Shown here: piece by piece, positions 49,124 to 58,045 of the stretch
Numbering within the stretch: position 1 is the first letter of the stretch
How the letters are laid out: the number at the start of each line of letters is the position of its first letter
Origin: Bacteroidota bacterium
GTDB lineage: Bacteria; Eisenbacteria; RBG-16-71-46; SZUA-252
Assembly (NCBI GenBank): GCA_050257045.1
Contig: JBLMWD010000126.1
Coordinates: 71,258-135,257, forward strand
Length of the DNA stretch: 64,000 bases
Direction of reading: 5' to 3'
Made by a program: the position numbers and the translations under genes
Notes under the pieces: model-generated
Databases searched by the model: none
What the model was told of the DNA's origin: nothing
The model's input: the letters and a program-made list of their open reading frames with translations, nothing else

Positions 49124-50027
49124 GGCTCCGCAGCACGAAACCGACGTTCGCGGGGCGCTCGGCGAGGCGGCGCATGAAGTAGGGCACCCACTCGGTGCCG
49201 TAGGTGACGTAGACGCGCATGCGGTATCCCTCGCGCACCAGCTGATCCTGTAAGTTGCGCCGCACGCCGAGGAGCATCTGCACTTCCCACTCGTCCGGGC
49301 TCCGCCCGTATTCCTTGGCGAGCGCCTTCGCCTCGGCGAGCAGCTTCTCGTCGTGCGTCCCGATCGCCGGGAAGAAGCCGTCCGAGAAGAGGACCCGCAT
49401 GAGCTCGCTGTAGCTCTGGTCCACTTCCCGCTTCGTCACGAAGGCCACGTCGCTCGGCTCGAGGTAGGCGCCCTTCACGAGCCGGATCTTCGGGCGGAGC
49501 GGCTTCAACCGCTCGAGGTCGGCGCGCGTGCGCCGGAGCGCCGACTGGAGCGCGAGCCCCACGTTGTCGTGCTCGCGCCGGACGTACTCGAAGAGCGAGA
49601 CGGTCGCCTCGGTGGTGGCCGAGTGCTCCATGTCGATCTCCACGAAGTTCCCCACCGCGGCCGCGTCGCGCACGAGACGCAGCGTGAGGTCGCGGCACAG
49701 CTCGTAGTCCAGCTCGAGCGCGATCTGGGTCGGCTTGACGGTGATGTAGGCGTCGAGGTGGCGGCGTGAAAGCTGCTGGAGGATCTCGGTGTAGGAGCGA
49801 TAGGACTCGCGGGCCTCGTCGCCGTTCTGCACGTGCTCGCCGAGGTGGTTCAGGATGACCCGGAGCCCGCAGCGGTTCAGCGACTCGGACGTCGCGAGCG
49901 CGTCCTCCAGGGTCTCCCCCGCGATGAAGCGGCGGGCGAATCCGAGGCGCATGCCGGTGCCGCCGACGGTGCGGGTGAACCCACGCTGGGTGGCGAGCCA
50001 GGAGATGACGCTGCGCGTCACCGACAT
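49107..50027 (-). CDS. Monofunctional proline dehydrogenase
   Basis: RFIAGE, IDME, RLVKGAY, THD, YFMRRLAERPAN. Confidence 0.93.
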   Translation of the reverse strand: MSVTRSVISWLATQRGFTRTVGGTGMRLGFARRFIAGETLEDALATSESLNRCGLRVILNHLGEHVQNGDEARESYRSYTEILQQLSRRHLDAYITVKPTQIALELDYELCRDLTLRLVRDAAAVGNFVEIDMEHSATTEATVSLFEYVRREHDNVGLALQSALRRTRADLERLKPLRPKIRLVKGAYLEPSDVAFVTKREVDQSYSELMRVLFSDGFFPAIGTHDEKLLAEAKALAKEYGRSPDEWEVQMLLGVRRNLQDQLVREGYRMRVYVTYGTEWVPYFMRRLAERPANVGFVLRSLMKGR

Positions 50028-50148
50028 GGCGAGTACCGCGATTGGAGGATGGGGCCCAAGGCGGGGCCACTATACCGAAGCCCCATTTCCGTTGGTAGAC
50101 TCCTCCGGTCCGATTTCGCGTCATCCTTTTGGCCCATGGGAGGTCCCC

Positions 50149-51795
50149 GTGCCACGAGCCCCGATGGCTGCCATGTCGCTCGCGATCCTCCTCGCCGCCG
50201 CTCCAGCCGCCGCCCAACACGCCTCCCACGGCGCCGCAGGCGGCGCCGGGACTGTCCCGGTCTTCAACGGGCTGGGGACGGTCCACCATCCGGTCGGGAC
50301 CCGCTCGCAGGCGGCGCAGCGCTTCTTCGACCAGGGGCTCCGCCTCTGCTACGCGTTCAACCACGACGAGGCGATCCGCTCCTTCGGCGAGGCGGCGCGG
50401 CTCGATTCGACGTGCGCCATGGCGTGGTGGGGGATCGCCCTCGCGCACGGCCCGAACATCAATCTCCCCATGAGCCCCGAGGCGGAGCAGCAGGCGCTCG
50501 ACGCCCTCGCCCGCGCGCGGGCCCTCCTTCCGCACGCGACGCCATCGGACCGCGCCTACGTCGAGGCCCTCGCGGCCCGGTACGGCGCTCCCGCGGGGCA
50601 GAACCGGGCGCAGCGCGACAGCGCCTACGCCGACGCGATGCGCGGCGTCATGAAGCGCTTCCCGCAGGACCCCGACGCCGCCGTCCTCTGCGCGGAGGCG
50701 CTGATGGACCTGAGGCCGTGGGATCTCTATGACGCGAACGGGGCGCCCAAGCCGGGAGCCGAGGAGATCGTCTCGATCCTCGAGAAGGCGGTCGCGAATC
50801 ATCCGCAGCACACGGGCGCGCTCCACCTCTACATCCACGCGCTCGAGGCCTCCGCCCACCCCGAGCGCGCCGAGGTGGTTGCCGACCGGCTCGCCAAACT
50901 CGCGCCCGACGCGGGCCACCTGGTCCACATGCCTTCCCACATCTATCTGCGCGTGGGCCGCTACGACGATGCCGCGTCGGTGAACGCCCGCGCGATCCGC
51001 GTCGACCGGGACTACATCCGCCGGTACGACATCCAGACGATGTACCGGATGATGTACTACCCCCACAACATCCACATGCGGTGGTCGGCGCTCTGCTCGG
51101 CGGGCCGGAGCGCGGACGCCGCCGCCGCGGCGCGCGACCTGAACGAGGCCGTGACGTGGGACATGGTCCGCCAGATGCCGCCGATGGAGTTCTTCCGCGC
51201 CGTGGAGTACTACACCCCGGCGCGATTCGGAAAGTGGGACACGATCCTGGCCCTCCCCGCTCCGCCGGCCGACATGGCGGTGACGACCGGGATCTGGCGC
51301 TACACGCGCGGGCTCGCCCTCGCGGCCACGGGCAAGAGCCCGGACGCCGGGGCTGAGCGCGAGAGCCTCGCCGCCGTCACCGCGAGGGTTCCCGCGGACG
51401 CCTTCTTCGGGCTCAATCCAGCGAAGCAGCTCCTCGAGTTCGCCACCGTGCTCCTCGACGGCGAGATCGCCGGGCGCTCGGGAAGGACCGACGACGCCGT
51501 GCGGCTCCTCACGCGCGCCGCGGCACTCCAAGATTCGCTCCGCTACGACGAGCCGCCGCCCTGGTACTCCACGGCGCGCCAGGCGCTCGGCGCGGTCCTC
51601 CTCGGCGCGGGACGGACGCGGGAGGCGGCCGAGGTCTATCGGGAGGACCTGAAGCGCTTCCCCGAGAACGGCTGGTCGCTCTACGGGTTGGCCGAGGCCG
51701 TCAAGGCCTCGGGGGAGGCGAGCGCTCCGGCTCTCCAGCGCTTCAAGAGGGCATGGGAGAAAGCGGACGTGGAGATCAGCGCGTCCCGCTACTGA
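50149..51795 (+). CDS. Secreted TPR protein (HMPSHIY family)
   Basis: AQRFFDQGL..YAFNHDEA, HLYIHALE, HLVHMPSHIY, YDEPP.W, PENGWSL. Confidence 0.88.
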   Translation: MPRAPMAAMSLAILLAAAPAAAQHASHGAAGGAGTVPVFNGLGTVHHPVGTRSQAAQRFFDQGLRLCYAFNHDEAIRSFGEAARLDSTCAMAWWGIALAHGPNINLPMSPEAEQQALDALARARALLPHATPSDRAYVEALAARYGAPAGQNRAQRDSAYADAMRGVMKRFPQDPDAAVLCAEALMDLRPWDLYDANGAPKPGAEEIVSILEKAVANHPQHTGALHLYIHALEASAHPERAEVVADRLAKLAPDAGHLVHMPSHIYLRVGRYDDAASVNARAIRVDRDYIRRYDIQTMYRMMYYPHNIHMRWSALCSAGRSADAAAAARDLNEAVTWDMVRQMPPMEFFRAVEYYTPARFGKWDTILALPAPPADMAVTTGIWRYTRGLALAATGKSPDAGAERESLAAVTARVPADAFFGLNPAKQLLEFATVLLDGEIAGRSGRTDDAVRLLTRAAALQDSLRYDEPPPWYSTARQALGAVLLGAGRTREAAEVYREDLKRFPENGWSLYGLAEAVKASGEASAPALQRFKRAWEKADVEISASRY

Positions 51796-51820
51796 GGCAG
51801 CTCGCACGGTGTTTGTACAC

Positions 51821-52212
51821 CGTGCGGGGCGCGACAGATCGTCATGGAAGGTCTGACATCGTGACATATGAACCGCGGGCTGAAGGCCACGGGGTCGTTC
51901 CTGTGCCACGGTAATCGCCGCTGCCATAAAGAGAAACGCCTACCTTCCGAACTGCCGGTTCGGGCACACCGATTGCTCTAAGCGTTTCTGGCGGCGCGCG
52001 GAGGCAGACAGTTCGCGGGAGAGCCCGGCCCGGCCAATCACCCGGCCGTGAGTTATATCCTGCGATGCGCGTAGTCCAGGGATCTACCGAACTTAGCAAG
52101 CGTCGAATCGAGTGGTCGATGCCTTGCCGGCCGCGTCTGGCGGGCTCGAGACTACTCACTTCGCGTCCATCAGGGTCGAGTACGTCCCGGATACGGTAGC
52201 CTGCCCCGTGCG
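51821..52212 (+). ncRNA. Putative large structured ncRNA, family unassigned
   Basis: No credible ORF; many nested helices with G-U pairs on the + strand; 5' and 3' ends can pair; followed by a strong hairpin. Confidence 0.6.
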
Positions 52213-52229
52213 CCGAGAACGAATAGACG

Positions 52230-52262
52230 AGAACCCGCGGCGTGCAGTCGCCGCGGGTTCTT
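52230..52262 (+). terminator. 13-bp hairpin, terminator-like
   Basis: AGAACCCGCGGCG-tgcagt-CGCCGCGGGTTCT. Confidence 0.7.
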
Positions 52263-52288
52263 GCGCATTCTGGTAGATTCTCCGGCCC

Positions 52289-53146
52289 ATGACCGATCTC
52301 CCGTCCCGGACCTTCGCCCTTCCCGATCTGCGGATCGTGCCCGTCGACTGCCTCGTTCCGCACGAGCGCCACGACGAGCACCGGATGGGTCCGCTCGCCG
52401 CGCGTCTCAAGGGGCAGGGCGTGCTGCGCAACCCGCCCATCGTCGCGCCGCTTCCCGTTTCCGGAGAGGAGCGCTATGTCGTGCTCGACGGCGCGAACCG
52501 GACCGAGGCGGCGCGCGAGATCGGCCTCCCCCACTTCCTCGTGCAGGTGGTCGCGTACGAGGAGCCGGAGGTGCGGCTCCTCACCTGGAATCACGCGCTC
52601 GCGGGCGAGTCGGCCCGTTCGCTCTTCGACCTCCTCTCTGCCATTCCCGGCGTCGGCTGCGCGCGCGAGCCGATCGCCCACGCCCGGGCGCTCCTCGCGC
52701 GCCGGGAGATCCTCGCCTTCGCCGCCTCGCCCGAGTCGGGCGCGATCACGCTCGCGGCGCCGGGCGATTTCGCGGAACGAAACCGCGTGCTGAACCGCAT
52801 CGTCGAGACCTACCGCGAGCGGACGCGCGTCTACCGCGTGGCTCCCGACTCGATCGAGGCCACGCTCGAGCGGATCCCCGAGGCGGTCGCGCTCGTCGTC
52901 TTCCCGCGCTTCGCGCCCGCCGAGGTGATCGAGCTGGCCGCGACCGGCGAGGAGATGCCGGCCGGGATCACGCGCCACCTGGTCTCGTGGCGCGCCCTAC
53001 GGGTCAACCTGTCGATCGATCTCCTCGCCGACACGGAGCGGTCACGCGAAGAGAAGCAGGCCTGGCTGGGGTCGTGGATGCGGGAGCGGGTGGAGGAAGG
53101 GCACGTGCGGTTCTACGAGGAGAGCACGATCCTCTTCGACGAGTAG
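52289..53146 (+). CDS. ParB/Srx-fold protein, SerK/SbnI free-serine-kinase-like
   Basis: LVPHE, NPPIV, YVVLDGANR, C-terminal MPAGITRH. Confidence 0.7.
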   Translation: MTDLPSRTFALPDLRIVPVDCLVPHERHDEHRMGPLAARLKGQGVLRNPPIVAPLPVSGEERYVVLDGANRTEAAREIGLPHFLVQVVAYEEPEVRLLTWNHALAGESARSLFDLLSAIPGVGCAREPIAHARALLARREILAFAASPESGAITLAAPGDFAERNRVLNRIVETYRERTRVYRVAPDSIEATLERIPEAVALVVFPRFAPAEVIELAATGEEMPAGITRHLVSWRALRVNLSIDLLADTERSREEKQAWLGSWMRERVEEGHVRFYEESTILFDE

Positions 53147-54475
53147 CTAGGGGCCGAGGATCTCGCGTCCGTCCTTCATGACGAAGGCCGGCGCGAGCAC
53201 CGCCTCGATGTTCCGCGTCGGATCCCCGCGCACGGCGACGAGGTCGGCTGCGTAGCCGGGGGCCACGTGGCCGATCTCCTTGTCGAGTCCGAGGAGCTCC
53301 GCGTCGACCGACGTGGCCGCGCGGAGCGCCTCGATCGGCGTGAAGCCGGCGCGCGTCATCCAGACGAGCTCCCGTCCGTTCTCCCCGTGCATCGTGTAGA
53401 CCGCGTCCGACCCGCTCCCGATCCGCACGCCCGCCTGCCGCGCGAGCCGCACCGATGCGAACTGCTCCTTCTGGAGTCCCGCGAGCTTCTCGGCGTAGCC
53501 GGGGGCGTAGCCGAGCGCCGCGCCGTGGTCGGAGTACCACTGGAGGTGGTAAAGGGTCGGCACGAGGTAGGTGCCGCGCCGGGCCATCTCGCGCGCGGTC
53601 TTCAGATCCAGGCGCGAGCCGTGCTCCAGCGAGCGCACGCCCGCCTCCACCGCGCGGCGCGCCCCTTCGAGCCCCATCGCGTGGGCGGCCACCCACCGCC
53701 CGTTCGCCGCCGCGGTCTCCACCGCCGCGCGGACCTCGCCGCTCGTGTAGAACGGCGTCCCCGACGTGTCGTCGAACGTCCCGCCGGTCACGTAGACCTT
53801 CACCCAGTCGCAGCCGGCGCCGAGGTACTCACGCGCCTTCTTCGTGATCTCCTCGGCGGTCGCCGCCGTTCCGTCGGGCGGCCACTTGATGTCGGGCCGG
53901 CCGCCGAGCGGCGGATAGATCGGCCCCCCCACGACCAGCCGCGGCCCGTTCACCAGCCCTCGTCCGATCGCCTGCCGGAGCGCCAGGTCGATCCCGTCGG
54001 CGTCGCCCAGCTCGCGGATCGTCGTGAATCCCGCGCGGAGGGTCCGCTCGGCGTTCCGCGCCGCCTCGAACGCGACCACGATCGGCGAGCCGAGGAAATC
54101 GTTCAGGTAGTTGGGGGCCTTGGTCGTGTCGGTCCAGAGATAGCTGAGATGGGTGTGCGCGTCGATGAGTCCGGGAAGAAGGGTCATCCCGTGCAGGTCG
54201 ACGCGTCGCGCCCCCTCGGGCGCCGTGAGCGAGGGCCCGATGCGCGCGATCTTCCCGTTCTCGACCAGGACGCGCGTCCGCTCCTCGTGCATGGCCACGC
54301 CGTCGAACCAGCGGTCGCATTCGAGCACGACGCCGGTTGCGGGCGCGGCGGGCGCCGCGGTCTGTGCGCGCAACGTCGCGGGGGCGATCGAGAGCGAGGC
54401 GGCAAGGACGAAGAGCCCTGCGCGCGCGAGGGCGTCCACCCGGACGCGCTCGCGGAGCGGAACGGAAACCCTCAC
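53147..54475 (-). CDS. Amidohydrolase (Xaa-Pro dipeptidase-like), probably secreted
   Basis: LPGLIDAHTH, GFTTIR, WVKVY, AAHA, EHG, GSDA, ADLV. Confidence 0.9.
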   Translation of the reverse strand: MRVSVPLRERVRVDALARAGLFVLAASLSIAPATLRAQTAAPAAPATGVVLECDRWFDGVAMHEERTRVLVENGKIARIGPSLTAPEGARRVDLHGMTLLPGLIDAHTHLSYLWTDTTKAPNYLNDFLGSPIVVAFEAARNAERTLRAGFTTIRELGDADGIDLALRQAIGRGLVNGPRLVVGGPIYPPLGGRPDIKWPPDGTAATAEEITKKAREYLGAGCDWVKVYVTGGTFDDTSGTPFYTSGEVRAAVETAAANGRWVAAHAMGLEGARRAVEAGVRSLEHGSRLDLKTAREMARRGTYLVPTLYHLQWYSDHGAALGYAPGYAEKLAGLQKEQFASVRLARQAGVRIGSGSDAVYTMHGENGRELVWMTRAGFTPIEALRAATSVDAELLGLDKEIGHVAPGYAADLVAVRGDPTRNIEAVLAPAFVMKDGREILGP

Positions 54476-55164
54476 GCGCGCCCCATCGTCACGTCGAAGA
54501 AGCGCCCCAGGATCGTTCGGCCGGCCCGCTCCACTTCGGCCCGGCGCGACTCCTCGAGCGCTCCCGCCGGCAGCTTCGGCGCCCAGGCCTCGGCCAGCGC
54601 GCGGTCGACCTCGAGATGGAACTGGAAGGCGTACGCGCGCCGGCCGAGCCGGAACGCCTGGTTCCGGTAGAGGTCGCTTCCCGCGAGGAGGACGCCTCGC
54701 TCGGGGACGTGGAACGTCTCCTCGTGCCAGTGCACGACCGGAAAGGAGTCGCCGTCGGCGCCGATCACGACGTCGCCGCGCCCCTCGGGCGTGAGCGTCA
54801 CGTCGCCGATGCCGATCTCGGGGACGGGACCCCGCTCGACGCGCGCGTCCAGCGCGGCGGCGAGGAGCTGCGCGCCGAGGCAGACGCCGAGGATCGGAAG
54901 GTCGCGCTCTACCGCTTCTCGAAGGAGGCGTCTCTCGTGCACGAGATGCGGATGGTCGGTGGTGTCATGCACGCTCATGGGGCCGCCCATGACGACCAGG
55001 CCGCCGAGTTCCTCGGCGGCCGGCACGCTCTCGCCGCGGTCGAGGCGGACGAGTCCCAGGCGGATGCCGCGCGCGGCCGCCTCATCGGCGATGGTGCCGG
55101 GGCCCTCCCAGGCGACATGCTGGAGGACGGCCCAGGGGAGCCGCGCGGGATCGGTCAACGGCAA
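54472..55164 (-). CDS. Type 1 glutamine amidotransferase (GATase1-like)
   Basis: MGGPMS, GVCLGAQ, HWH, QFHLE. Confidence 0.9.
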   Translation of the reverse strand: MPLTDPARLPWAVLQHVAWEGPGTIADEAAARGIRLGLVRLDRGESVPAAEELGGLVVMGGPMSVHDTTDHPHLVHERRLLREAVERDLPILGVCLGAQLLAAALDARVERGPVPEIGIGDVTLTPEGRGDVVIGADGDSFPVVHWHEETFHVPERGVLLAGSDLYRNQAFRLGRRAYAFQFHLEVDRALAEAWAPKLPAGALEESRRAEVERAGRTILGRFFDVTMGRA

Positions 55165-55286
55165 GAACCGGATGGGTCGGGGGAGGTCATGCGCCCGCAG
55201 GATATCACGCCGCGCGAAGTGCTACCCTCATTCCCGTCACACCGTGTCCGTAGCAACGCGACCACGTCCGAAACGAGGATTGCACC

Positions 55287-55796
55287 ATGAAGACGACCGA
55301 ATGGTTCCTGAACCAGCTCAAAGACGAGGCGCCGCGCATCCGCCGCGCGCTGGAGCGCGTCCCCGAAGGGCGCGACGACTGGAAGCCGCACGAGAAGTCG
55401 ATGCCCCTGGGACAGCTCGCCCATCTGGTGGCCACCATGCCGTCCTGGATCCGGTTCATCGTGGACCAGGAGGAGCTCGACGTCGCGCCGCCGGGAGGCG
55501 GAGCGCAGCGGCCGCGGGTGCCGCGAACGCAGGGCGAGCTGATGGAGGCCTACGACAAGAGCGTCGCCGACGCCGAGAAGGTCCTGCGCGGCACGAACGA
55601 CGAGCATCTCAAGAAGCCGTGGCGCCTCCTCGCGGGCGGACAGGTGGTGAGCGAGGATCCGCGCGAGATCGTCCTCCGCGACACGTTCATGCACCTGGCG
55701 CACCACCGGGGCCAGCTCACCGTCTATTTGCGCCTGAACAATGAGCCGGTGCCGTCGATCTACGGGCCGACGGCCGACGACAAGCAGTTCGCGTGA
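55287..55796 (+). CDS. DinB family protein
   Basis: WKPHEKSM.LGQLAHL, HLAHHRGQLTVYLR..VPSIYGP. Confidence 0.9.
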   Translation: MKTTEWFLNQLKDEAPRIRRALERVPEGRDDWKPHEKSMPLGQLAHLVATMPSWIRFIVDQEELDVAPPGGGAQRPRVPRTQGELMEAYDKSVADAEKVLRGTNDEHLKKPWRLLAGGQVVSEDPREIVLRDTFMHLAHHRGQLTVYLRLNNEPVPSIYGPTADDKQFA

Positions 55797-55830
55797 CGTC
55801 ACGGGGTCGGTGGCGGAGCGTATTCACTCC

Positions 55831-56490
55831 ATGAACCGTTTCGCACGGTCCCTTTTCGCGATTTCCTATGCTGCCGCGGCGCTCGGGATTGGCGCCGCGG
55901 CGGCATTTGCCGCGTCAACTCCTCCCGCGCCTGCGGCGCGGGTCGCTGCGCCTGCGGCGCGGGCTACCTTTGCCGGCGGCTGCTTCTGGTGCATGGAGAC
56001 TGCGTTCGAGGGGATGCCGGGGGTGATCTCGGTGACTTCCGGCTACGCGGGCGGCGCGGAGAAGAACCCGACGTACGAGCAGGTCTCGGCCGGGAAGACG
56101 GGCCACCGGGAATCGATCCAGGTGGAGTACGACCCGCGCCGGACCAGCTACGCGAAATTGCTCGCCATCTACTGGCACAACATCGACCCGACGCAAGGGG
56201 ACGGCCAGTTCTGCGACCGCGGCAACCAGTACCGCTCGGCGATCTGGTACCGCACCGCCGAGGAACGGCGGCTGGCCGAAGCGTCGGAGCGCACGGCCGA
56301 GGCGGAGATCCGCGTGAAGAAGCCGTTCGTGACGCAGATCCTCCCCTTCACGTCGTTCTGGCCTGCCGAGGAGTACCACCAGGATTACTACAAGAAGAAC
56401 CCCGAGAACTATCACGCCTACCGGAAGGGATGCGGGCGCGACCAGCGCCTGCTCGAGATCTGGGGGGCGGTCCCGCACACGGCCGGCTAA
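55831..56490 (+). CDS. msrA: Peptide methionine sulfoxide reductase MsrA with signal peptide
   Basis: FAGGCFWC, GY.GG, QYRSAI, AEEYHQDYY. Confidence 0.95.
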   Translation: MNRFARSLFAISYAAAALGIGAAAAFAASTPPAPAARVAAPAARATFAGGCFWCMETAFEGMPGVISVTSGYAGGAEKNPTYEQVSAGKTGHRESIQVEYDPRRTSYAKLLAIYWHNIDPTQGDGQFCDRGNQYRSAIWYRTAEERRLAEASERTAEAEIRVKKPFVTQILPFTSFWPAEEYHQDYYKKNPENYHAYRKGCGRDQRLLEIWGAVPHTAG

Positions 56491-57716
56491 ACCGCCGCCG
56501 CGGCGCCGCGCCCCGCCGCGCGTCCCGTCGCCCAAGCCCACGCGAAGTTGTAACCGCCGATTGGGCCGAACGCATCGAGCATCTCCCCGCAGAGAAAGAG
56601 GCCCGGCGCGCGCCGGCTCTCCATCGTGCGCGGGTCGATCTCCTCGAGCGCGACCCCTCCTCCGGTGACCTCCGCCTTCACGTAGCCCTCGTCGTCGTTC
56701 CAGGGGAGCTCGAAGCGGGTGAGCGCGAGGAGGAGCCTCCGGCGGGCATCACGCCGGAGTTGCCCTAAGTGCGTGCCTGGATCGAGCCCGCACTCGCGCA
56801 GGAGAACATCGGCGAGGCGCGAGGGGAGCCGCCCGCGGAGAGCGCCCTGCACCGTGCGGTCGCCCGCGCGGAGCTCCCGCTCCCATGCCGCTTCGTCCAG
56901 CTCGGCCCATTGCGCGTACACCGGCTGCTTCCTTCCGGCCATTCGCGCCCGCACGCAGACGTGCGAGAGGTTCAGCACGGCAGGGCCGCTGTAGCCCTTG
57001 TGGGTAAAGAGGAACCCACCCTTCGACGTGAGGCTCTTGCCCTTCTCCAGGGGTGCTACGAGCGTGACCGGTAGGGACACGCCCGCGAGTTCGGCGAAGC
57101 GATGCGGCCGCGCGACGAGCGGGGTCAGGGCGGGATAGGTCTCATGGATCGCGTGCCCGAGTCGTCGCGCGATCGAAAGGCCCGCGCCGTCGCTCCCGGT
57201 GGCGGGGACCGAGAGCCCGCCGGTCGCGAGCACGACCGCGCGCGCGCGAACCGGCTCTCCGTGCGCGACCTCGATCCGCCACGCCTCGCCATCGACGGCA
57301 ATGCCCGACACGCGCGTCTCGAAGCGCGTCTCCACGCCGCGCCGCGCCGCGAGCGCGAGGAGCCCGTTGCGCACGTCGCGCGAGCGGTTCGAGACCGGGA
57401 AGAGCTTCCCGGTCTCCGATTCCAGCGCGAGCGGAATGCCGACCGTCTCCTCGAAGAAGCGGCGCTGCTCCGCGAGCGGCCAGTCGAGGAGGAGCTTCCG
57501 CATCGTGTTCGGCGACGAAGCGGTGACGAAGCGCGAGGGCTCGAGGACGGACGGGAGCACGTTGCAGCGCCCGCCGCCGCTCATGACGATCTTCCGACCG
57601 CCGTCCCGGGTCGATTCCAGGAGCACCACGCGCGCGCCTGCCTCGGCCGCAAAGAGCGCGGACGTGATTCCGGCCGCTCCCGCGCCCACGACCACCACGA
57701 GGCCGCGTTCCGTCAC
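56487..57716 (-). CDS. HI0933/YhiN (BaiN-like) flavoprotein
   Basis: GAGAAG, GRKI.MSGGGRCN, LFTH.GYSGPAVL, VTGGGV, GGYNF. Confidence 0.92.
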   Translation of the reverse strand: MTERGLVVVVGAGAAGITSALFAAEAGARVVLLESTRDGGRKIVMSGGGRCNVLPSVLEPSRFVTASSPNTMRKLLLDWPLAEQRRFFEETVGIPLALESETGKLFPVSNRSRDVRNGLLALAARRGVETRFETRVSGIAVDGEAWRIEVAHGEPVRARAVVLATGGLSVPATGSDGAGLSIARRLGHAIHETYPALTPLVARPHRFAELAGVSLPVTLVAPLEKGKSLTSKGGFLFTHKGYSGPAVLNLSHVCVRARMAGRKQPVYAQWAELDEAAWERELRAGDRTVQGALRGRLPSRLADVLLRECGLDPGTHLGQLRRDARRRLLLALTRFELPWNDDEGYVKAEVTGGGVALEEIDPRTMESRRAPGLFLCGEMLDAFGPIGGYNFAWAWATGRAAGRGAAAAV

Positions 57717-58045
57717 TGAATCACCTCACCTTCTACTTAGGGCACGGGCCATGCAGTCGAGATAAACCGCTCCTTCCGGGAACCGGAGGAGTGACGGCAT
57801 GACGGATGATGGCCTTGGCCGTAAGCCAAAGCCACCCCGACCGATGGCCGATGGAACGGCCTGAGCCGGGCCCGACGTGGGGGCCCGGGTGCCGCCAGGA
57901 TCCGGAACCTCCGAGCGACGGGCGGACGCTTCGATTTACACCCGCCCGGCGACCCGTGGAAGAAATTACACGGACGCGGCTCCCCGATCCTGACTCGCGA
58001 CAGTCCGAAGGCTGCTTCCATGTGGCGGCCATAGAGGTTCTGCTT

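Noticed and set aside
2839-51927. Very long antisense ORFs (2839..5355, 12215..15391, 44902..47601, 49009..51927 and others)
   Set aside because: Expected shadows of real genes in high-GC DNA; no motifs
51821-52262. tmRNA, RNase P RNA, SRP RNA or group II intron (GTGCG at 51822)
   Set aside because: No TTCGA T-loop/CCA end, no GAGGAAAGTCC, no SRP GGAAGGAAGCAGC loop, no domain V
51842-52978. 378-aa minus-strand ORF covering the structured element
   Set aside because: Mostly the antisense shadow of the kinase-like gene; no independent start or recognisable motif in the tail
52289-53146. Chromosome-partition ParB
   Set aside because: No HTH, no GERR motif and no parA neighbour; motifs fit SerK/SbnI better
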